Below, in pieces: positions 9,716 to 18,388 of a stretch of 64,000 nt of DNA (its first letter is position 1; each line of letters starts with the position of its first letter). The stretch is from Candidatus Pacearchaeota archaeon UBA92 (GTDB taxonomy: Archaea > Nanobdellota > Nanobdellia > Pacearchaeales > GW2011-AR1): the NCBI GenBank assembly GCA_002497285.1, contig DANJ01000014.1:34089-98088 (forward strand). The letters run 5' to 3'. The translations under genes and the position numbers were made by a program. The notes under the pieces were generated by a model. It was not told the DNA's origin, made no database searches, and saw nothing but the letters and a program-made list of their open reading frames with translations.

Positions 9716-11929
9716 CTATCTCTTTGCTCTCTTTGAACGAGATTTCAAAAGCCATAGGATGGCAAAGAAGATTATCACAAGAACTACCGCCAAAACGGAC
9801 AAGACAAATGAAGGCAGCTTTTCAGGTTCAACTGGAATGTCGAAAAATCCTTCAGAGGTTTTATCTGTCGGAATCTTTTCATTTATAGATTTTATAGTCA
9901 AAACCGCAGACAATTTAGAAGCAGCTATCTCATTCACTTCAACCTGCAAATCATAATAACCATCGACATCCATGTCAAATTTCCCAGTATTTCCAAGGAA
10001 AATTTCCTCTGTTATAGGCTCCGAAGAAACAGTCACAACCACAGAATTATTATTTATATCATCCAGCACCAATGAGTGCAGTTCATTGTTTAATAAAAAT
10101 TTCAAACTCCATTTCTTGAAGAAAGTTCTCTTGTATCCATCTTTCAAATTATCAGGAGTCAAAGAAATAATTGCAGCACTCCCTGAAGAGCCTGTAGATG
10201 CCGTAGCAGCAGAAGTCGTATAAGATATTGAAATTGTATTGCTACCTGAAGCCTGCTCCAAGCCAGTAACATTAAGATTAACAATTGAGTTTGAACACTC
10301 ATATTCTCCCGTTAAGTAGGTCTTTGAATAATTTCCACTGTGAGATGAATAAGATATTGACTGAATAGTCATGCATGAATCCGTATTGAATAAAACACTA
10401 ATATTAACTATACCTGTCAGGTTTGATGCAATATTCTTGCTCGTTGTTGAAACCGAAGAAAACCAGATAGGAGTATTATTTCTATTTGCTCCCTCAGTTA
10501 AATTGAACCAGTTTAAAACAAAAATACCTCTTCCAGGATTTAAAGTAAAATTGATATTAAGATCATTGCTAAAGAGATTACCACTCCCAATGACTGAATA
10601 ATTATCGAGGTAGAGCAAAGCATTGGTAAGATTATACACTTGGACATAGCTTTTTAATAATCCCGTGTTATTAAACAGCAATCCGGGATTATCCAAAGAA
10701 GTGTTACTCACTTTATAACTATCAGCAATCCAATCTATTCCATTTCGGCTGGAATTTTGGTTCGCTAGCCCTTTTACAATCTGGTTCCACATATAAGTCG
10801 CAAACTCCAATGCTCCCGCTTTGCTTGGATGTATTCCATCAATAGTATAAGTATTGTTCCAAGAGGTATAAGTTCCATTTGTATCATTGACAATACTTCT
10901 TAACTTAATCATTCCAATTTCAACATTGGCTATTGAAGTATTAACAGTAAGATTAACTAAGTCTGCTTCCAATGCAATTTTCTTATCTTCAGAATTGCTG
11001 GTATCATATTGAGAAACTAAAATAAAGTATAGTCTATCTGAAGAGTATCCAGCAGTATTATAGGCATCCCTATATCTTGTTATAATATTATAAATATTTC
11101 GAGAATAATTTTGTTTGCACCATTCTACATCATCTCCTCGTTCACACATAGTCCATGCATCAAAGAAGGTCAATGCAATTTTATCTTTTTTTATTAAACC
11201 TTCTTTTCCTGACCAAGGAACTAACACTCTACAAGTAGAATTATAACCCTCCGCCCAGTTTATAGTGAGATTTGTTCTTGTTAGAACATTTGTGATATAT
11301 GCCGTTGTATCAAACGAATCTCCCAAATAAGGATACCATAATTCTTTATGAATTTCTTTTCCATTAGCATATATATCAAATTGAACCTTACAAAATTCGC
11401 AATAATTATTGGTTACACTCTGTGGGACATCCAAATAACAATTATTTTCCGAATCTAAATAAACATCAGACCAAACTTTATCTGTATAAATTTGACAGCT
11501 AGTGTTAAGAAGAATATCTGTTTCTAAATTAAATCCAGAAGGCTCGTTTTGATATAGTGTGTTTTTTTGAAGTGTTGCTTTTTTTGGAGGAAGACCACAA
11601 AAAGTATAGGTAACTGCTAGGTTGTTAATATCTTTATCACCTACATTTTTGATACTAAATGGGATAATTGTTGCATTGTCTTTTACAATTGGGCTAAAAG
11701 AGGGATCAACACTCACATCGATTGTTCCAAACCAAACTGGAAAAATATTAAATTTTTGTATAATCTTGCTTTCATGTAAGAAAGCCCCTCCAAAAAACGA
11801 GATATAAAATAATAAAATGACTAATAAAATATAAATTAATGGTCTCTTTTTCAACTTAGTTTTAGTGCTTTCAATTTTCCTCTCAATTGTTTCTATATCG
11901 GCAACCATCTTATAGCTTATTAACCGCAC
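9716..11929 (-). CDS. membrane-anchored surface protein with central SGNH/GDSL-hydrolase domain, Ser/Thr-rich linker, and N- and C-terminal TM segments
   Basis: SGNH block I YPYLGDSFD (GDS nucleophile, about aa 203), block III-like VNDT, block V DGIHPSKAG (DxxH, about aa 365), spaced about 160 aa apart. Many N-x-S/T sequons. The C-terminal TM SVLAVVLVIIFFAILWLL is followed by a KSRSKRAKR tail. Confidence 0.55.
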   Translation of the reverse strand: MRLISYKMVADIETIERKIESTKTKLKKRPLIYILLVILLFYISFFGGAFLHESKIIQKFNIFPVWFGTIDVSVDPSFSPIVKDNATIIPFSIKNVGDKDINNLAVTYTFCGLPPKKATLQKNTLYQNEPSGFNLETDILLNTSCQIYTDKVWSDVYLDSENNCYLDVPQSVTNNYCEFCKVQFDIYANGKEIHKELWYPYLGDSFDTTAYITNVLTRTNLTINWAEGYNSTCRVLVPWSGKEGLIKKDKIALTFFDAWTMCERGDDVEWCKQNYSRNIYNIITRYRDAYNTAGYSSDRLYFILVSQYDTSNSEDKKIALEADLVNLTVNTSIANVEIGMIKLRSIVNDTNGTYTSWNNTYTIDGIHPSKAGALEFATYMWNQIVKGLANQNSSRNGIDWIADSYKVSNTSLDNPGLLFNNTGLLKSYVQVYNLTNALLYLDNYSVIGSGNLFSNDLNINFTLNPGRGIFVLNWFNLTEGANRNNTPIWFSSVSTTSKNIASNLTGIVNISVLFNTDSCMTIQSISYSSHSGNYSKTYLTGEYECSNSIVNLNVTGLEQASGSNTISISYTTSAATASTGSSGSAAIISLTPDNLKDGYKRTFFKKWSLKFLLNNELHSLVLDDINNNSVVVTVSSEPITEEIFLGNTGKFDMDVDGYYDLQVEVNEIAASKLSAVLTIKSINEKIPTDKTSEGFFDIPVEPEKLPSFVLSVLAVVLVIIFFAILWLLKSRSKRAKR

Positions 11930-11967
11930 TTTTTAGAGTTATCTTTTAGGGAGGGGATACGGATTAG

Positions 11968-11990
11968 ATATCTTTTTAAAAAGCATATCT
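11968..11990 (+). promoter_or_regulatory. putative archaeal TATA/BRE-like element upstream of the defense operon
   Basis: ctttttaaaaagcat lies 20-30 nt upstream of the ATG at 12002 (leaderless-type spacing). No SD before 12002, whereas the internal genes carry GGAGG. Confidence 0.2.
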
Positions 11991-12001
11991 CTAGGATAAA
12001 T

Positions 12002-13519
12002 ATGGGAACTGGCAACTCAGGAGAACGTCAAAAAATTCTAACTAAATCGAAGTATCTCAATGGGTTGCAGTGTTTAAAGTATCTATGGATTGCAGTTAAT
12101 GATCCTAAAAGAATACCTGCACCAGATGAGCAAGACGAGTTTAGATTTGATGAGGGGCATATTGTTGGGGAATATTCAAAAAAGCTTTTTCCTGATGGCA
12201 TTGATTTGCCTAGCTCACCTGCTGATTTTAGTAAGAACTTAGAAGAAACCCAGAAGTCGCTGGCTATTAGAAAGCCATTATTTGAAGCAGGATTCTTAAA
12301 AGAAAGAGTTTATTCTAGGGCAGATATTCTTGACCCAGTTAAAGGCTCTAAAGACATGTGGGATATTATAGAAGTTAAGAGTTCAACAGAAGTCAAAGAT
12401 GTTCATATTCAAGATGTAGCCTTTCAAAAGTTTTGTTACGAAAAAGCAGGATTAAAAATAAATAAATGTTTTCTTATGCATATTAATAAAGAATATGCTA
12501 AGAAGGGAAATATTAAGGTAGACCAGTTATTTGTTAAAGAAGATATAAGCGAGAAAATTGAAGAAGAGATATCTAACATTCCTGATCGATTAGGTCAAAT
12601 GTTTAAAGTAATGGATTGTAGTGAAGAACCTAAAAGTAAGATAGGGGAGTTTTGTAAAGACCCTTATGACTGTCCAATAAAAAGTGAATGTTGGGGTTTT
12701 CTTCCAGAGAATAGCGTGTTTAATCTTTATAGGGGTGGAAAGAGATCACTTGATTTATTTGAAAAAGGGATTTTGGCAATAAGAGACATTCCAGAAGATT
12801 ACGAGTTGGGAGATAAACAAAAAATCCAGCATTTTTGTGCTAAAACCGATAAACCTCATATAAACAAGGAAGCAATAAAATCTTTCATAAAGAGATTAAA
12901 ATATCCCTTATATTTCCTAGATTTTGAAACCTATCAAACGGTAATCCCCTTGTATGATGGATTGAAACCCTATCAGCAGATACCCTTTCAGTTTTCTTTA
13001 CATATAGTTGATAAAAAAGGAAATAAAAAGCATTACTCATTTGTTGCTGAAGGAAATACAGATCCACGACCTGAGTTTTTTAAACAACTAAAAAAGAAGT
13101 TAGCAAAAAAAGGGAGTATAATTGTTTACAACCAGAGTTTTGAGCAAGGAAGACTAAAAGAATTAGCAGAGCTATTCCCAAAAGAAAAGAAAACTGTAGA
13201 AGAATACATAAAAAGAATGGCTGACTTGTTAGTTCCATTTAGAAATTTCGATTATTATGATTGTAAACAACAAGGGAGTGCAAGTATAAAACATGTTCTT
13301 CCAGCATTAACAAAAGTTACATATAACGGAATGGATATCGCAAACGGCGGTCAAGCATCATTAAGGTATTTGTTTATTACTCACGGATCCAATGATGGAA
13401 AGAAAGCAACAAAAGAAGAGATAAAAAAAGTAAGAGAAGATTTAGAAAAATATTGTTGTCTTGATACTGAAGCTATGATAATGGTTATGAATAAATTAAA
13501 AGAAGTTACAAAAAAATGA
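12002..13519 (+). CDS. DUF2779-type protein: N-terminal PD-(D/E)xK (Cas4/RecB-like) nuclease fused to a DEDD/DnaQ-like 3'-5' exonuclease domain
   Basis: DILD...DIIEVKSS (D..ExK nuclease core). Cys cluster CSEE..C..PYDCPIKSEC. Then YFLDFET (Exo I), IIVYNQSFEQ (Exo II), CCLDTEAM (Exo III). Stop overlaps the start of the next gene (ATGA at 13516). Confidence 0.65.
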   Translation: MGTGNSGERQKILTKSKYLNGLQCLKYLWIAVNDPKRIPAPDEQDEFRFDEGHIVGEYSKKLFPDGIDLPSSPADFSKNLEETQKSLAIRKPLFEAGFLKERVYSRADILDPVKGSKDMWDIIEVKSSTEVKDVHIQDVAFQKFCYEKAGLKINKCFLMHINKEYAKKGNIKVDQLFVKEDISEKIEEEISNIPDRLGQMFKVMDCSEEPKSKIGEFCKDPYDCPIKSECWGFLPENSVFNLYRGGKRSLDLFEKGILAIRDIPEDYELGDKQKIQHFCAKTDKPHINKEAIKSFIKRLKYPLYFLDFETYQTVIPLYDGLKPYQQIPFQFSLHIVDKKGNKKHYSFVAEGNTDPRPEFFKQLKKKLAKKGSIIVYNQSFEQGRLKELAELFPKEKKTVEEYIKRMADLLVPFRNFDYYDCKQQGSASIKHVLPALTKVTYNGMDIANGGQASLRYLFITHGSNDGKKATKEEIKKVREDLEKYCCLDTEAMIMVMNKLKEVTKK

Positions 13520-16431
13520 AATCTCAAAAGCATTCAAAACTAATTCTGAAAGAAAAAAATACCCATTCAAATCTAACGGATTACCATGCAAAATATTATG
13601 CAAATGAATTAACAAAAAGAAATCCTTCAGATAGTATAGAAAAATTAACTACTTCGCTTGCTGATGCCCAAGTTGATTTAAATCCTCATCAAATTGATGC
13701 TGCACTTTTTGCATTCAAATCGCCTCTTTCTAAAGGAGTTATATTAGCGGATGAGGTTGGTTTAGGAAAAACAATCGAAGCAGGAATAGTATTATCTCAA
13801 AAATGGGCAGAGAGCAAAAGAAAAATATTAATTATAGTCCCTTCAAATTTAAGAAAGCAATGGAATCAAGAATTATTAGAGAAGTTTTTCTTAGAATCTC
13901 TAATTTTAGAAACAAAATCTTTTAATGAGATAAATGAGAAAATTAAAATCGGAAATCCATTTGAGCAGAACAAGATAGTTATTTGCTCTTATCATTTTGC
14001 AAGAATTAAAGAGGAATTTATCAAATCGATTAATTGGGATTTGATTATTATTGATGAAGCCCATAGATTAAGGAATGTTTATAAAAAAGGAAATAAGATT
14101 GCCAAGTCAATCAAAGAGTCAACAAAACATGCTCCAAAAATCCTACTTACTGCCACACCTTTACAAAATTCTTTATTAGAACTATATGGATTAGTGGGAT
14201 TTATTGATGATCATATCTTTGGAGATTTAGAAAGTTTTAAAGAACAATTTGTATGGGGGACTGAAGGGAATGGAGTTAATTTTGATGATTTGAAAAAAAG
14301 ATTGAGCCCAATCTGTCAGAGGACATTGAGAAAACAAGTTTTAGAATACATAAAATATACCAATAGACTCGCACTTACTCAAGATTTTATTCCAAATAAA
14401 GAGGAGCAAGAACTTTATAAAAAAGTATCAGATTACTTACAAAAAGAAGACCTTTTTGCATTACCTTCTGGTCAAAGACATTTAATGACTCTGATAATGA
14501 GAAAATTACTGGCATCTTCGACCTTTGCAATTGCGGGAACATTAAGATCTCTTACAAAAAGATTAAAAAAAGTTGTTGAAGCTGGTTCCTTTGAAGAAGT
14601 GGGTAGTTTGTTTAGGGGAGAATATGAGGGGCTAGACGAATTAAGTGAAGAATGGAATGATGAGGACGAACCAGAGAAAAAACAATTAACTCTTTCTGAA
14701 AAAGAACAACTTAAAAGAGAAATAAAAGAGCTGGAAGATTTTAGTAATCTTGCTGAATCCATAAAATCAAATGCAAAAGGAGAAGTTATGCAGACGGCAC
14801 TTGCAGAAGGTTTTTCAAAATTAAAAGAACTTAAAGCTCCAGAAAAAGCATTGATATTTACTGAATTTAGAAGAACCCAAGAATATCTTTATGAAATACT
14901 TTCAAAAACGGAGTATAAAGATAAAATAGTTCTATTTAATGGAACAAACAATGATGAGCTCTCGCAAAGGATATATCGAGAATGGTTAGATAAAAACCGA
15001 GGCACAGATAAATTTACAGGCTCTAAATCTGCTGATCTAAGATCTGCACTAGTTGAATATTTTAGAGATGAAGCTAAAATAATGATCGCTACCGAAGCTG
15101 CAGCAGAAGGCATCAATCTACAGTTCTGTTCATTAGTTGTTAATTACGATCTGCCTTGGAATCCTCAAAGAATAGAACAAAGAATAGGAAGATGTCATAG
15201 ATATGGGCAGAATCATGATGTCGTCGTTATCAACTTTTTGAATAAAAAAAATGAAGCAGACCAGAGAATTTTCCAATTACTTTCTGAGAAGTTTAAATTA
15301 TTTGATGGAGTTTTTGGTGCAAGCGATGAAGTTTTAGGAGCAATTGAATCGGGAGTAGATTTTGAAAAAAGAATAAGTCAGATTTATCAAGAATGTAGAG
15401 GTGCAGAAGAAATAAATAAATCATTTGATAATTTGCAGAAAGAATTAGAGTCACAGATTGAGGAAGGAATGAAAGTTACTCGTAAAAAGCTTTTAGAAAA
15501 TTTTGATGAGGCTGTTCACGAAAGGTTAAAAATAAGTTTAGACCAAAGCAAACAATATCTCAATAGATTTGAACAGTGGTTATGGAGTCTTACTAAATAT
15601 GGTCTTAATGACTCTGCAACATTCAATGACTCTGATTTTTCATTTGATTTGAAAAAATCTCCCTTTAGTGAAATAAACATTTCAACTGGGAGATATAAGC
15701 TAGGTAGAAAAGTTGAAGATGCCCACATTTATCGTATAGGACATCCGATCGCCCAGAGATTATTAGAGAGATTTAAATCTAAAAATCTTCAAGATAGGGA
15801 ATTAGTTTTTGACTTTTCAAACTATGGAAAGAAGATTAGTGTTTTGAATAACCTGCAGAAGAAGAAAGGAGAATTAATATTATGGAAATTAATTGTAGAC
15901 TCATTTGAAAGCGAAGACTATCTTATATTTACCGCTTTAACAGATAAAAAGGAAATTTTGGAAGAAGAGCAATGTAAGAGATTATTTAGTTTGCCTGCAA
16001 ATATGGGTGATGTTTCCAAGAGCTTAGAAATGGAATCAAATTTAAGATCTGAATTTGAAAAGAAAAAGGTTAAGCTCATATCTGAAATTGCAGGAAAAAA
16101 CAGTGTCTTCTTCGATGAGGAAATGGAGAAGTTAGATAAATGGGCGGAGGACAGGAAAAGAACATTAAAAAATAGCTTAAAAGAGCTTGATGAAAAGATA
16201 CAAATCCTAAAAAAAGATATTAGAGTAACCACTAATCTTCAAGATAAACTTAAAAAGCAGAAAGAAATTAGGAGTTTAGATAAAAAGAGGGATGAATCTT
16301 GGAAAGAATATGACCAAGAAGCCCAAAGGATAAACGTTAAAAAGGACGGATTGATTGATAATATTGAAGCGAGAATGGAGCAAAAGATAAAGGTCGAAAA
16401 GCTCTTCTCGATCAAATGGAGTGTTAAATAA
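13516..16431 (+). CDS. SNF2-family (SF2) helicase/translocase with a long C-terminal coiled-coil extension
   Basis: Motif I LADEVGLGKTIEAG, motif II IIIDEAHRLRN, motif III LLTATPLQNSLLELY, motif VI QRIGRCHRYGQ. About 350 aa Lys/Glu-rich coiled coil after the helicase core. Confidence 0.85.
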   Translation: MKSQKHSKLILKEKNTHSNLTDYHAKYYANELTKRNPSDSIEKLTTSLADAQVDLNPHQIDAALFAFKSPLSKGVILADEVGLGKTIEAGIVLSQKWAESKRKILIIVPSNLRKQWNQELLEKFFLESLILETKSFNEINEKIKIGNPFEQNKIVICSYHFARIKEEFIKSINWDLIIIDEAHRLRNVYKKGNKIAKSIKESTKHAPKILLTATPLQNSLLELYGLVGFIDDHIFGDLESFKEQFVWGTEGNGVNFDDLKKRLSPICQRTLRKQVLEYIKYTNRLALTQDFIPNKEEQELYKKVSDYLQKEDLFALPSGQRHLMTLIMRKLLASSTFAIAGTLRSLTKRLKKVVEAGSFEEVGSLFRGEYEGLDELSEEWNDEDEPEKKQLTLSEKEQLKREIKELEDFSNLAESIKSNAKGEVMQTALAEGFSKLKELKAPEKALIFTEFRRTQEYLYEILSKTEYKDKIVLFNGTNNDELSQRIYREWLDKNRGTDKFTGSKSADLRSALVEYFRDEAKIMIATEAAAEGINLQFCSLVVNYDLPWNPQRIEQRIGRCHRYGQNHDVVVINFLNKKNEADQRIFQLLSEKFKLFDGVFGASDEVLGAIESGVDFEKRISQIYQECRGAEEINKSFDNLQKELESQIEEGMKVTRKKLLENFDEAVHERLKISLDQSKQYLNRFEQWLWSLTKYGLNDSATFNDSDFSFDLKKSPFSEINISTGRYKLGRKVEDAHIYRIGHPIAQRLLERFKSKNLQDRELVFDFSNYGKKISVLNNLQKKKGELILWKLIVDSFESEDYLIFTALTDKKEILEEEQCKRLFSLPANMGDVSKSLEMESNLRSEFEKKKVKLISEIAGKNSVFFDEEMEKLDKWAEDRKRTLKNSLKELDEKIQILKKDIRVTTNLQDKLKKQKEIRSLDKKRDESWKEYDQEAQRINVKKDGLIDNIEARMEQKIKVEKLFSIKWSVK

Positions 16432-16433
16432 AA

Positions 16434-18377
16434 ATGGCAAAGAAGGAAACTAAAATTGAAAGAGTTGATTTGAAATCTAGGGATATTGTTGCTAATCAGA
16501 AAGAAAAGCTTAGACAATTGTTCCCAGAAATATTCTCTGAAGATAAAGTTAATTTTGAAAAACTAAAAAAGACATTAGGTGAAAATGTTGATGAATCTCA
16601 GGAAAGATATGAAATGACTTGGGCAGGAAAGACTAACTGTTTTAAAATTATACAAGAATCTTCATTAGGAACATTAAAACCTATTGAAAAGGAGTCGATT
16701 AATTGGGGCGAAACACAGAATTTGTTTATTGAAGGAGATAATTTAGAAGTTCTTAAACTTCTTCAAAAATCCTATAATGAAAAGATAAAAATGATTTACA
16801 TTGATCCTCCTTATAATACGGGTCATGATTTTGTGTATAAAGATAAATTCGGACAACAATTAGATGATTATCTAAAACTAACTGGACAAGTAGATGAAGA
16901 GGGTAAAGCCTTATCTACAAATACTGATGCAGATGGAAGGTATCATAGTAATTGGATGAATATGATGTATCCGAGATTATTTCTTGCAAGAAATCTTTTA
17001 AAAGAAGAAGGCGTGATTTTCATTTCTATTGATGATAATGAGGTAGATAATTTAAAGAAGGTTTGTAACGAAATATTTGGAGAGGAAAATCTTGTTGCTC
17101 AATTAGTTTGGAAGAAGAAAGCGGGAGGAGGAAACGATACTAAATATTTTGCTATTGATCATGAGTATATTTTATGTTATGCAAAGAATATAATCTCTAT
17201 GGGAAGATTATGGATAGGATTAACTGAAGAACAAAGAAGTAAATATGTTCTAAAAGATGAATTTTTTGATGAAAGAGGACCATACCAATTAAAAAATCTT
17301 TATCAAGGATCTATTGCAGAAGATCGTCCCAACTTAAAGTATCCAATAACTTGCCCTGATGGTTCTAAACTGCATAAGAAAAAGGATGGGGGACTTTATA
17401 GATGGAGATGGGAAGAGTCTCGGTTTTTGGAAGGTGTAAAAGATAGTAAAATAGAATTTAAAAAAATAAATGGAGAATGGCAGGTTTTTACTAAGCAATA
17501 TCTTTATGATGGAGAAGATGGAGATGAAAGAATGACTAAACCTAGATCAATTTTATTGAAGGAAGGAATGACTCGAGATGGTAAAGAAGAATTAAAATCT
17601 TTGTTTGATAAACCTCCTTTTGATTTTCCAAAACCTACAAAATTGATAAAGCATCTCATGAGTATAATGACTAATTCAGATTCAGATGAAATAATCTTAG
17701 ACTTTTTTGCTGGTTCTGGAACAACTGCTCATGCAGTTTTAGAGTTAAATAAGGAGGAGAACGGGAGGAGAAAGTTTATTCTTGTTCAATTACCCGAGCC
17801 AACCAACGAGGACTCAGAAGCCTTCAAGACAGGATATAAACATATAGCCCATATCTCTCAAGAAAGAATAAAGAGAGTAATTAAGAGAATTAAAGAAGAA
17901 CAAAAAGAAGCTGGAAAGCAAAAGAAAATTGGAGAAGAAAATAAAACAAATAACCTCGATTTAGGATTTAAGGTATTCCAATTAGATAAATCCAACTTTA
18001 AGATTTGGGATGCACAAACAAGAGATATTCAGACTGCCTTGAATGAACATATAAATCCGATAAGAAAAGAAAGTTCGCAAGAAGATGTCCTTTATGAACT
18101 GATACTAAAATCAGGATTATCTTTAACAACAGATATTAAAGAGATAAAAGTTGGCAATAAAAAATTGTTTTCTATTGAGGATGGAATGCTCCTAATTTGT
18201 TTAGAGAAAGAGCTAACTTCTGAATTAATAAAGAAAATTGCAGAAATGAAACCTGCGAGATTTTACTGTTTAGATGATGGATTTAAAGGAAATGATCAAC
18301 TAAAAGCCAACGCTGTTGAAATCTTTAAGAATGTTGAAACTGTTGATGGAGAAAAAATTGTCTTCAGAACAGTTTAA
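16434..18377 (+). CDS. mod: type III restriction-modification Mod subunit (N6-adenine DNA methyltransferase, beta class)
   Basis: IYIDPPYNTGHDF (motif IV DPPY) precedes FFAGSGTTAHAV (motif I, AdoMet binding). Size 647 aa. Immediately followed by Res. Confidence 0.85.
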   Translation: MAKKETKIERVDLKSRDIVANQKEKLRQLFPEIFSEDKVNFEKLKKTLGENVDESQERYEMTWAGKTNCFKIIQESSLGTLKPIEKESINWGETQNLFIEGDNLEVLKLLQKSYNEKIKMIYIDPPYNTGHDFVYKDKFGQQLDDYLKLTGQVDEEGKALSTNTDADGRYHSNWMNMMYPRLFLARNLLKEEGVIFISIDDNEVDNLKKVCNEIFGEENLVAQLVWKKKAGGGNDTKYFAIDHEYILCYAKNIISMGRLWIGLTEEQRSKYVLKDEFFDERGPYQLKNLYQGSIAEDRPNLKYPITCPDGSKLHKKKDGGLYRWRWEESRFLEGVKDSKIEFKKINGEWQVFTKQYLYDGEDGDERMTKPRSILLKEGMTRDGKEELKSLFDKPPFDFPKPTKLIKHLMSIMTNSDSDEIILDFFAGSGTTAHAVLELNKEENGRRKFILVQLPEPTNEDSEAFKTGYKHIAHISQERIKRVIKRIKEEQKEAGKQKKIGEENKTNNLDLGFKVFQLDKSNFKIWDAQTRDIQTALNEHINPIRKESSQEDVLYELILKSGLSLTTDIKEIKVGNKKLFSIEDGMLLICLEKELTSELIKKIAEMKPARFYCLDDGFKGNDQLKANAVEIFKNVETVDGEKIVFRTV

Positions 18378-18388
18378 GGAGAAAAAAT

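Noticed and set aside
9759-11807. Plus-strand ORFs inside the 9716..11929 surface-protein gene
   Set aside because: Antisense shadow ORFs. The minus-strand gene has SGNH motifs and a coherent topology.
12885-16517. Minus-strand ORFs 12885..13067, 14472..14762, 14889..15116, 15516..15728, 15918..16232, 16239..16517 within the defense operon
   Set aside because: Antisense to motif-rich helicase and nuclease genes. Ser/Phe/Leu-rich composition characteristic of the reverse complement of K/E-rich coding DNA.
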